Assembly (NCBI GenBank): GCA_943354475.1
Contig: CALRBT010000002.1
Span: 16,361-80,360, forward strand
Reading direction: 5' to 3'
From: Parcubacteria group bacterium
GTDB taxonomy: Bacteria > Patescibacteriota > Minisyncoccia > Phycocordibacterales > CALRBT01
Length of the DNA: 64,000 nt
Shown here: in pieces, positions 43,289 through 51,858 of the stretch
How the letters are laid out: the number at the start of each line of letters is the position of its first letter
Numbering within the stretch: position 1 is the first letter of the stretch
Notes under the pieces: generated by a model
What the model was told of the DNA's origin: nothing
The model's input: the letters and a program-made list of their open reading frames with translations, nothing else
Databases searched by the model: none
Made by a program: the position numbers and the translations under genes

Positions 43289-43290
43289 GG

Positions 43291-44266
43291 GACGAACAAG
43301 CACTTATTCGCCTAAGAGGGCGGGACGTGTGTCGTTCGTCAAGGTGATGAGACAGCACACTGTGCGTCCAACAGGGCAACCGCAGACTCGTCTCATCGTG
43401 GGGAAGGAACAACTATTTTGACGTCTTTCCAGACAGGCAGCCAATCGTTCCATAGAGGTGACCAGACACAGCATTGAACGCTCAAGTAGAGCAATCACTT
43501 CTTCGTCTCGTCAGGGTGGCGGACACCTCATTTGTCATCTTTTTACAAAGATAAACGATGTGTCGTCCGCCGAGGTGAGGGTACATACTGAAGAACATTC
43601 CGAAGAACACCTACTGCATCGTACCCTCGATTGGAAATCTCGAACGAGTCGAGATCTCCAGAGAGGGCCGGAGACGCGCAAGCGCCTCCGGACCGGTGGT
43701 GAACAATACAATGATCGTGGACAAGCCACATTGTCCTTTTCGTTCACCATAGAGATGAGACAACGGAAGACTCGCCCACCTAAGAGCGCTGTCAGAATCG
43801 TCTCGTCGGGGTGGCGGACATTGGGGGAATCGTCCCGAAGGACAGATTTCCATTCGTCCGCCGAGGTGAGGGTACACTGGTTAACTCGTTCAAAGAACGG
43901 ACAGTCCTTCGCACCCTCGATTGGAAATCTCGAACGAGTCGAGACCTCCAGAGAGGGCCGGAGCGTTTTTAAGCGCTCCGGCTGGTGGTGAACAATGCTT
44001 TGATCGTGTACAAGCTACATTGTTGTTCTCATTCACCAAGATGATGAGACATGTAGGTATACGCTCTCAGTAGAGCAACCGTTTTATCGTCTCATCGAGG
44101 TGGCGGACAAATCATTGCTCATCTCTTTCGAGACATGATCATCATCGTCCGCCGAGGTGAGGGTACAATTCCATAGTCGCTCAAGGAACAAGTGGCGATT
44201 CGCACCCTCGAGGTGGAGAGACAATCATCCGACCGTCCTTACGGACAAATGTCACCTCGTCTCTCC
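43291..44266 (-). ncRNA. TIGR-like stem-loop guide array, downstream arm (15 dual-spacer units)
   Basis: Plus-strand unit: stem-CA-N9-TCG-hairpin-CA-N9-TCG-stem'. Units start at 43291, 43346, 43406, 43459, 43518, 43577, 43698, 43754, 43813, 43868, 43987, 44043, 44102, 44159, 44215. Confidence 0.88.
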
Positions 44267-44297
44267 TTTGTACAACTTACATAGCTTCGATCGATAT

Positions 44298-45824
44298 CTA
44301 GTCTACCTGACTCTTTGGTGGACGGATACCTTGCACGCTCTTGCCTTTGTCGAAGTCACAGAACGCATAGGCCATCTGCTCGACGAAGCGAGTGAGGGTG
44401 CGCCAACGAGCCATCTTGAAGATATGCCCGTCGGTGTAGCGCTTCTTGCCCTCCACAGTCTCAACGGCCGGATGCTTCTGTCGCAGATTCGCCTTCATCT
44501 GATTCAGATACACACCCCATGGCGAGTTTGGTCGATAGATTGACCACTGGTCGGCCAGAAGGTAAAGACCTTGCCTCGCGTCGGGATTCCAGTTGGCAAC
44601 TTGGCCAGAGCGCTTGCGTGCAAACCGACCGTCTTCGAGTACATGCACGCCACAAAATGCTTTCAGCTTGGCCGCTGTTTTCTGCCGCGCTTTGTGACGC
44701 ATTTGCGCGCGAGTCTTGTGACAGGCGATCGCTTGGTCAAGTAAGGCCGCTTCACTCCCCTTGCCGATGCGTCGTTTGTAGCTACGCACCAACTGGAGGG
44801 TTCGGAATTTCTTGTCTCCTTTCGTTAGCTTGTCTTCAATCCTCCCAATATCAGCTTCGAAGTTGCCCTCCTTTTCAAGGCGTTCACTCTCTTCGTAGAG
44901 CCGTTGCATTTCCGCTTCGTCAGGCCCGACGATAAACTGCCGGTAGTCAACAATGGCAGAGAGAATTCTCGCTGCCGCCGATGGTCCGAGACCTTCGACT
45001 TGTTTGAAAAGTTGCTGATAGATATCAAGTCCTTCGAGCGCTTTGGCCAACTGACGATCTCGCGCCGCCTCTTCCCTTTCGAGATTCTGCAGTACGATAT
45101 CGTTTGCCTTTCGCAAGTCAAACGCGTGCTCGACGTCACCTTCGGGATATATGTCGCTCCGAAAGGTCTCACCAATAACCAACTGCCGAAGCCGTTGTTC
45201 ACAAGCGATGCGGGCCTTCATCGCATCCATGCGTGCACGATAGAGTTCGCGGACGGTGATGAGAGCGAGGTCACGGTTGTCAGACGAGTAAAAAAATTCG
45301 GGCGTTTCTTCGAGCAACCTTGCAAGCAAGTCCGCGTCGTCGTCCTTGTTTCCTTCACCACGAGCAATACTGAGCTTTGATGGTGGAATGCGATAAACGG
45401 ATGCATCGATTGACTTGCCACGGCGCGTGAGCGCATAGGCGAGCGAATCACCGCTACCGCCGAGCACCATTGCAACCCTGTCGTGGGCTTTGAGGCCGTC
45501 GTAGGTGCTGGGGATCTGGTGGGCACGGTAGTATGTCCGGCCATCTTGTCGGACGTGCGAATCGGGCAGACCATGAGCCTGATCGACAGAGGTAAGCTTG
45601 CGCCATTTGATATGGTGGCGCTTTACTTTCGTTAGGTCTTCCCTCTCCTCCACATTTCTGTGTGCGGTTGGGAAGATGCCAGAGGCGAAATCCAGTTCAG
45701 CTTGTTCATCGCCAAGATCAAGAAGGGTTACCTTCTCTCCCTCGACGATGCAGACTTGCGTCGGGCGAGCTTCGCCCTTGGCTGTCTGCTTTACACGGTG
45801 TCGTATGCCAATAGTGCGGGGCAT
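44298..45824 (-). CDS. Tas-like (IS110/Nop-domain) RNA-guided protein with degenerate RuvC, 508 aa
   Basis: IGIR / VAMVLGG / KDDDADLLA RuvC-like motifs, coiled coil, VEGLGPSAAARILSAI, KLKAFCGV, R..LY; RBS GAAGGA before ATG 45824. Confidence 0.82.
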   Translation of the reverse strand: MPRTIGIRHRVKQTAKGEARPTQVCIVEGEKVTLLDLGDEQAELDFASGIFPTAHRNVEEREDLTKVKRHHIKWRKLTSVDQAHGLPDSHVRQDGRTYYRAHQIPSTYDGLKAHDRVAMVLGGSGDSLAYALTRRGKSIDASVYRIPPSKLSIARGEGNKDDDADLLARLLEETPEFFYSSDNRDLALITVRELYRARMDAMKARIACEQRLRQLVIGETFRSDIYPEGDVEHAFDLRKANDIVLQNLEREEAARDRQLAKALEGLDIYQQLFKQVEGLGPSAAARILSAIVDYRQFIVGPDEAEMQRLYEESERLEKEGNFEADIGRIEDKLTKGDKKFRTLQLVRSYKRRIGKGSEAALLDQAIACHKTRAQMRHKARQKTAAKLKAFCGVHVLEDGRFARKRSGQVANWNPDARQGLYLLADQWSIYRPNSPWGVYLNQMKANLRQKHPAVETVEGKKRYTDGHIFKMARWRTLTRFVEQMAYAFCDFDKGKSVQGIRPPKSQVD

Positions 45825-45862
45825 GTGGGTTCCTTCTCGGTTTGGGTTGTAGAAAGAACGGG

Positions 45863-46675
45863 GATGAGACATGTCCATATTCGCTTCATAGAAAGAAGCT
45901 ACGCGAATCACATCTCATCAAGGTGGCGGACACGTCAATTGTCATCTCTTTCGAGATAAAATATTTATCGTCCGCCGAGGGGAGGGTGCTGTACTGCTGT
46001 CGCTCTTAAAAGAGCACTTGCATCCGCGTACCCTCGATTGGAAATCTCGAACGAGTCGAGATCTCCAGAGAGGGCCGGAGGCGCGTGAGCGCCTCCGGCT
46101 GGTGGTGAAGAACATTAAGCGTTTCGTCCACATAAGGACACGGCATCCATCGTTCACCGAGGTAATAAGACACATATCCCATCGCTCTTACAAGCACTTG
46201 TTACATCGTCTCATTATAGGGATGGAACATCACAGCGCTCGTCCAATTAGGACACCCCTACGGACGTTCCGTCAAAGTGGCGGACAGCTAATTTGTCGTC
46301 CCGAAGGACAGATTTCCATTCGTCCGCCGAGGTGAGGGTACGATATCACATACGTTCCGAAGAACACCCCTTTAATCGTACCCTCGATTGGAAATCTCGA
46401 ACGAGTCGAGATCTCCAGAGAGGGCCGGAGCGTTTTTAAGCGCTCCGGCTGGTGGTGAACAATCGATTGCTCGTGTATACAACACATGCTACATGTCGTT
46501 CACCGCAGAGATGAGACAACGGAATACTCGCTCACCTAAGAGCACTGTCAGAATCGTCTCATTGGGGTGGCGGACAAGATTACATTCGTCTACGAAAGAC
46601 AGATACTCATTCGTCCGCCGAGGAGATGAACCCAAACCTGTACGTCCCGAAGGACAGGTTCCTACTCGTTCATCT
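45863..46675 (-). ncRNA. TIGR-like stem-loop guide array, upstream arm (12 dual-spacer units)
   Basis: Same unit grammar. Units start at 45863, 45925, 45982, 46104, 46163, 46221, 46279, 46334, 46454, 46510, 46569, 46624. Confidence 0.88.
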
Positions 46676-46681
46676 GGCATC

Positions 46682-46710
46682 AGATAAACATTAAATTTAG
46701 TAAAAGTCAA
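46682..46710 (-). promoter_or_regulatory. Candidate promoter for the array and tas gene
   Basis: TTGACT-17 bp-TTATCT just upstream of the first unit; -10 is imperfect. Confidence 0.45.
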
Positions 46711-46788
46711 TATCGACCTATTGCCCAGTTCTACAGTGGTTCGACATAAAATTTGATTCCCGGAGCACTTTCTGCTAGAATATTGCCA

Positions 46789-47022
46789 ATGGATTTTCTT
46801 AGAATGGTTTTGCCATATACTCAAATTGTCTTGGCCTCCTTGCTTATCGCAGGTGTCCTCCTCCAGCAATCTGGCGCTAACGCCGGTGGAGCACTTGGTG
46901 CATCAGATAATTTCAGTTCAGGCTTTCATACCAGGCGCGGTTTTGAGCGAACACTCTTCTTGGCAACTGGCCTCATTGCCCTTCTCTTCATTGCTTCAAC
47001 GCTCGTTGCCCTTATTGTCTAA
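46789..47022 (+). CDS. secG: Preprotein translocase SecG
   Basis: VLLQQSG..GGALG, TRRGFERTLF. Confidence 0.9.
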   Translation: MDFLRMVLPYTQIVLASLLIAGVLLQQSGANAGGALGASDNFSSGFHTRRGFERTLFLATGLIALLFIASTLVALIV

Positions 47023-47162
47023 GAATTTCTCCTGATTTTATAAACTCAAACGTTTTTCGTATTTCTCAATTTTACAAACAGTAATCAGTCTTTCTGCACA
47101 ACTAACAAAGCTCTACTGTTGTAATCTATCCTATTAATCACCGCTTTCTAATTCTTGTCTTT

Positions 47163-48941
47163 GTGAAAAATACACTCAGCATTTTCTTTAATCGACAGTT
47201 CTCCGTTAAACCACTGCGAAAGTTTTCCGAGCTTTTTGATCATTTTTCATTTGTTGAAAAACTGATCTTTCTTGTCCTTGGTTCCCTTCTTGCTATCAGC
47301 TGTTTATTCTTACTCCTCTTTATCAATAACGCATTCCTTGTTGAAGTCCCGAAAGCTGGTGGAACCTTGAGGGAGGGAATCGTTGAGTCCCCGAAATTTA
47401 TCAATCCACTGCTAGCCTTTTCTGACACTGACCGTGATATGACGGCGCTCATCTACTCAGGATTACTGAAAGCTACCCCTGATGGTGCTCTCGTTCCTGA
47501 TTTGGCGGAAAGCTATGATGTTTCCTCTGATAAGCTCGTCTATACCTTCATCCTAAAGAATAATCTTTATTTCCACGATGGAGCCAAGCTAACTGCCGAC
47601 GACGTACTCTTTACCATCAACAAAGCTCAAGATTCGACACTCAAGAGCCTACGAAGAGCAAACTGGGAAGGAGTTGTTGTAGAGAAAGTTGACGACCATA
47701 CCATCAAGTTCACACTGAGCAAGCCATACGCACTCTTTTTACAGAATACAACTATCGGTATTCTCCCCAAACATCTCTGGAAGGATGTCCTCTCCGAACA
47801 CTTCACCTTCAGTCCACTCAATATTAACCCTATTGGCTCTGGGCCATTCAAATTATCTAGCGTTTCAAAAAATAAATTAACTGGGGCTCCAGAATCTTAC
47901 AGACTTGTTCCATTTAACCAATACGCACTGAAGGCTCCGATGATTTCGATTGAGACATATTTCTACAACAATGAAAAAGAACTACTCGACGCACTCGCAA
48001 GTGGCTCAATAGATAGCGCGAGCAGTATCACTCCAAAGAATTCGACATTCCTCAAAATCAATGGTAAACTCGACGATAAGAAAATCGTAAGTAGTCCACT
48101 TCCTCGAACTTTCGCCGTTTTCTTTAACCAAAACCAAAACAAAGCTCTCTCGTATAAAGAGGTACGGCTTGCACTCAGTATCTTGACCGATAAAGAACAA
48201 ATTGTCGCAGAGGTACTTGAAGGTTTCGGTACTCCTATCGATAGCGTCATTCCACCCTCTCTTCTAAAAACTTCGCCTGCAACCGATACACAGCAGGCCA
48301 AAGAGTCATCAGAGAGTCGTGTCACTCGAGCTAAAAAAGTACTTGAATCAAATGGTTGGGTTTGGAGTGTGGCAAACAGTCGTTACGAGAAAAAAATTAA
48401 AAAAGAAGTTATTCCTCTTTCGTTTTCTCTCTCGACAAGTGAGGCCCCTGAACTTAAGGCGACCGCTGAGTTACTACGAGCGAATTGGGCACAAGCTGGT
48501 ATTGAAGTCGCTGTTAAGGTTTTTGAGACGGGAGATTTTACTGCAAATATTATTGGTCCTCGGAAGTATGACGGACTTCTCTATGGAGAGGTCATTGATC
48601 AAAATCTCGACCTTTATGCTTTTTGGCACTCGTCTCAACGAAAAGATCCTGGTCTCAACATTGCTCTATACACGAACAGTATTGCAGACAAACTACTGGA
48701 AGATGGGCGTACTGCCACTGATAGAGAGGTTCGTCTTGAAAAGTATAGAGCATTTAGTAAGGAAATCGATAATGACATTCCAGCCATTTTCCTGTATACA
48801 CCGAGTTTTATTTATATTGTTCCACAAAACCTTGGGGGTATCACCTTGGGAGAAGTTCCGACACCATCAGAGAGGTTTCTTTCTGCAAATTCGTGGTATC
48901 TAGAAACTGATAGTGTGTGGAAAATATTTGTTAATCAATAA
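47163..48941 (+). CDS. ABC transporter peptide-binding protein (family 5)
   Basis: LIYSGL, PDLAES, FHDG..LTADDV.FT, PIGSGPF. Confidence 0.9.
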   Translation: MKNTLSIFFNRQFSVKPLRKFSELFDHFSFVEKLIFLVLGSLLAISCLFLLLFINNAFLVEVPKAGGTLREGIVESPKFINPLLAFSDTDRDMTALIYSGLLKATPDGALVPDLAESYDVSSDKLVYTFILKNNLYFHDGAKLTADDVLFTINKAQDSTLKSLRRANWEGVVVEKVDDHTIKFTLSKPYALFLQNTTIGILPKHLWKDVLSEHFTFSPLNINPIGSGPFKLSSVSKNKLTGAPESYRLVPFNQYALKAPMISIETYFYNNEKELLDALASGSIDSASSITPKNSTFLKINGKLDDKKIVSSPLPRTFAVFFNQNQNKALSYKEVRLALSILTDKEQIVAEVLEGFGTPIDSVIPPSLLKTSPATDTQQAKESSESRVTRAKKVLESNGWVWSVANSRYEKKIKKEVIPLSFSLSTSEAPELKATAELLRANWAQAGIEVAVKVFETGDFTANIIGPRKYDGLLYGEVIDQNLDLYAFWHSSQRKDPGLNIALYTNSIADKLLEDGRTATDREVRLEKYRAFSKEIDNDIPAIFLYTPSFIYIVPQNLGGITLGEVPTPSERFLSANSWYLETDSVWKIFVNQ

Positions 48942-49033
48942 TACACATTTCAAATACGAACAAAAAAACATTTACTTAGTAAAAAAATAATTATTAACAG
49001 CACTTTTATTTAGTTCCCTCGTAACAACACATT

Positions 49034-51130
49034 ATGAACATATTCAGAAACAACAAAGACAATGCTACCCCAAGACCAGCAGAAACCTCTGGAGGTTTGA
49101 GTGCCGGAAACTCTGCAAATACAGGATCATCTTATGGCGCTAGAGCACCGAGGCCTTCTGGAAGATCTAGTGGCTACCAAGGAAGTAACCCTAGACGCCT
49201 CCCACCTCGAACCGCTTCAACTGGTGGAATGAGTAGAGGTGTCCCCACTCGGGCCCAAACAAGCTCTCCTACGCATTCCCATCAGGCAACAGCAGGCATG
49301 ACGTCAACTCAAAATCCTTTTGCGAGGCGTCAAACACCTATTCGAAGAAGTGGTCCACGTGCAGGATCTAGTCGAACAGGTGCACCAAGAAGGGATTTTG
49401 CGCGCACTGCTCCAAGCAGAAGCGACATTGGTAAAACTGCTGATGTCGTACCACCTATCGGTGATGCTATTCGTATCATCCCCCTAGGTGGCGTGGAAGA
49501 AATCGGCAAGAACATGACCGCGATTGAAATTGGGGATGACATTATTGTTATCGACGCAGGATTCCAGTTCAAAGAAGAAGATACTCCTGGAATCGATTAC
49601 ATCCTTCCGAATACTAAATACCTGGAAGAAAGAAAGTCTAAAATCCGTGGATTAGTTATTACCCACGGACACCTCGACCACATCGGCGCTATCCCATTTA
49701 TTATGGATAAGCTTGGTAACCCACCTCTCTACTCTCGAAACCTCACTACGGTGATGATTAATAAACGCCAAGAAGAATTCCCCCATCTGCCACCAATCGA
49801 TATCCGAGTCGTTGAAAAGGAACAACGTATTAAGCTTGGTAACACCTACCTGAGATTCTTTGCAGTGACTCACACCATCCCTGATGCTATGGGTATTATT
49901 ATCGAAACACCATACGGACTCATAGTTCATACAGGTGACCTCAAGGTTGAACACGAAAATAGCATACCGGTTCAAAAAGAGATTGATGAATTTAAAGTTT
50001 TTGAAAAAGAAAAAGTACTCCTCCTCATGGCTGACTCAACCAACGTTGAGCGTCCAGGTTTCTCCGTTCCAGAGTCTGTTGTCTACAATAGTATGGAAGA
50101 GATTATCAAGAACACAAAAGGACGACTAATTATAGGAACGTTCTCATCTCAACTTGAACGTATCATAAAAATCATCGAGATTGCCGAACGGTACAATAAA
50201 CGTATTGCAATTGAAGGACGTAGTATGAAAAATAATGTTGAGATTGTACGAATTCTTGGCATCCTCAAACCAAAGAAAGAGACGATTATTGGAATCGATG
50301 AGATTGAGAGTTACCCAGCAGACCGTATCATCGTCCTTGCGACAGGCTCTCAAGGTGAAGAATTTGCCGCGCTGATGCGCATCGCTACCAAGAATCACAA
50401 GTACTTCAAGATGCGCAAGGGAGACACCCTCGTTCTCTCTTCTTCAGTCATTCCTGGAAACGAACGGGCGATTCAGAAACTCAAAGACAATATCTCAAGA
50501 CAAGGTGCTCGCATCATCCACTCAGCCATTTCCGAAGTTCACTCAAGTGGACACGCAAATCGTGAAGAGACACTCTGGATTCACAAAATGATTAACCCAA
50601 AGTTTTTCATTCCTGTCCACGGCTATCACTATATGCTCAGGGTTCATGCTGACATTGAAATGTCTCGTGGTACCCCAGAGACCAACATTGTTATTCCAGA
50701 TAACGGAATGATTATTGAGATTCAAGATAAAGGAGAGAAGATTGTTGTTCTCAAAGAGCACGCACCGGCTGGTGTCGTGATGGTTGATGGATTCTCAGTC
50801 GGTGATATCCAGGAGGTAGTTATCCGCGACCGACAAACGCTCGCCACCGATGGAATGTTTATTATTGTAGTATCGGTTAATCCAAGTACGGGGAAGCTCC
50901 GCAAGTCCCCCGACCTCATTTCTCGTGGTTTTGTCTATTTGCGCGAATCACAAGAGCTTCTTCACAATACTCGACTACTAATCAAAAAAACAGTTGAAGA
51001 TACCACAAGAGACATGAATCCAATCAACTTTGATTATGTAAAAAACACCGTAAGTGAAGTGGTCAGTCGTCATCTTTTCCAACAGACTAATAAACACCCG
51101 ATTGTAATCCCTGTGATTATTGGGGTGTAG
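49034..51130 (+). CDS. rnj: Ribonuclease J with disordered N-terminal extension
   Basis: PLGGVEEIGKN, THGHLDHIG, HSSGHA. Confidence 0.95.
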   Translation: MNIFRNNKDNATPRPAETSGGLSAGNSANTGSSYGARAPRPSGRSSGYQGSNPRRLPPRTASTGGMSRGVPTRAQTSSPTHSHQATAGMTSTQNPFARRQTPIRRSGPRAGSSRTGAPRRDFARTAPSRSDIGKTADVVPPIGDAIRIIPLGGVEEIGKNMTAIEIGDDIIVIDAGFQFKEEDTPGIDYILPNTKYLEERKSKIRGLVITHGHLDHIGAIPFIMDKLGNPPLYSRNLTTVMINKRQEEFPHLPPIDIRVVEKEQRIKLGNTYLRFFAVTHTIPDAMGIIIETPYGLIVHTGDLKVEHENSIPVQKEIDEFKVFEKEKVLLLMADSTNVERPGFSVPESVVYNSMEEIIKNTKGRLIIGTFSSQLERIIKIIEIAERYNKRIAIEGRSMKNNVEIVRILGILKPKKETIIGIDEIESYPADRIIVLATGSQGEEFAALMRIATKNHKYFKMRKGDTLVLSSSVIPGNERAIQKLKDNISRQGARIIHSAISEVHSSGHANREETLWIHKMINPKFFIPVHGYHYMLRVHADIEMSRGTPETNIVIPDNGMIIEIQDKGEKIVVLKEHAPAGVVMVDGFSVGDIQEVVIRDRQTLATDGMFIIVVSVNPSTGKLRKSPDLISRGFVYLRESQELLHNTRLLIKKTVEDTTRDMNPINFDYVKNTVSEVVSRHLFQQTNKHPIVIPVIIGV

Positions 51131-51482
51131 CGTAACAAACCAAACTTTAAACGTGGACAGCTCGGCTGAGTTTCTCTCATCCGAGCTGTTTTCGTCTTCA
51201 TCTTGATCCCCAGGAGGACATTCCGGGTTAAAGTGCACTTTTGTTACCCAAAGATACCTGTGTCCACTTGGTTTTTTTCGAATCTCTACGGTAACCTCGT
51301 ATAAATCTCCTGGGAAAATAGGGTGTTCACACCGATTGCATACATGCAATATGCGGGCTGTTTGTTGTCGTTGTGCAAGCACTCTTCTCATCAAGTCACC
51401 TTTTTGCCATTTCTAGTCCACAAACTACTACAATCTTCTTGTTTCTTCAACCCAAGAGGGTTAAATATGCTATTATTTCTCC

Positions 51483-51833
51483 ATGAAAACATATACAGGA
51501 AGTTGCCATTGCGGGAAGGTAAAATTTGAAGTTACTGCTGATATTAAAAGTGTCATCTCGTGTAACTGTTCAATTTGTTATAAACGCGGACTTCTTCTCG
51601 CTTTTGTGAAGGCGGATCAGTTCAAACTTCAAACCGACGAAAATTTACAAACTGACTATCGTTTCCACGCTATGAAAATTCACCACCTCTTCTGCAAAGA
51701 TTGTGGTGTCGAAGCCTACGGCAAAGGAAACGGTCCTGATGGATCAGCAACCTACGCAGTCAATGTCAGATGTTTAGATGACCTCGATCTTGAAACACTC
51801 ACCATCACCCCTTTTGACGGAAAGAGTTTGTAA
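51483..51833 (+). CDS. GFA family protein
   Basis: GSCHCG, CNCSIC, FCKDCG. Confidence 0.92.
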   Translation: MKTYTGSCHCGKVKFEVTADIKSVISCNCSICYKRGLLLAFVKADQFKLQTDENLQTDYRFHAMKIHHLFCKDCGVEAYGKGNGPDGSATYAVNVRCLDDLDLETLTITPFDGKSL

Positions 51834-51858
51834 TTTTAAAACAAACTATTGAGAAAAA

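Noticed and set aside
44298-45911. Ordinary IS110 insertion sequence with one bridge RNA
   Set aside because: Catalytic D/E and the serine loop appear lost, and the flanks hold 27 different dual-spacer units rather than one target/donor loop pair.
45825-45911. ORF-track start at 45911 (537 aa)
   Set aside because: It overlaps a guide unit (45863-45919); ATG 45824 has an RBS and begins at the first RuvC strand.
43845-46610. Three predicted targets begin with ATG, suggesting start-codon targeting
   Set aside because: All three belong to one stem family and share ancestry, so they are not independent. The 8/9 match of ATGGAAATC to the constant module does not extend to the partner spacer.
43291-46675. 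CRISPR array
   Set aside because: No constant direct repeat with 25-45-nt spacers, the variable parts are paired 9-mers inside hairpins, and there are no cas genes in the window.
43209-46869. Short ORFs across the arrays (e.g. 43458-43991, 46018-46335, 46388-46687)
   Set aside because: They are translations of the repeats (recurring SRTSRDLQRG and LEISTRSRFPIEG peptides) or shadows of the tas gene.
49034-51130. RNase J as a dedicated array-processing enzyme
   Set aside because: secG, the ABC-binding gene and rnj are on the opposite strand and look like housekeeping context; proximity alone is not evidence.
50978-51394. 138-aa minus-strand ORF with CxxC
   Set aside because: It overlaps the rnj 3' end by about 150 nt and has no recognisable family; the N-terminal part may be real but I cannot support it.
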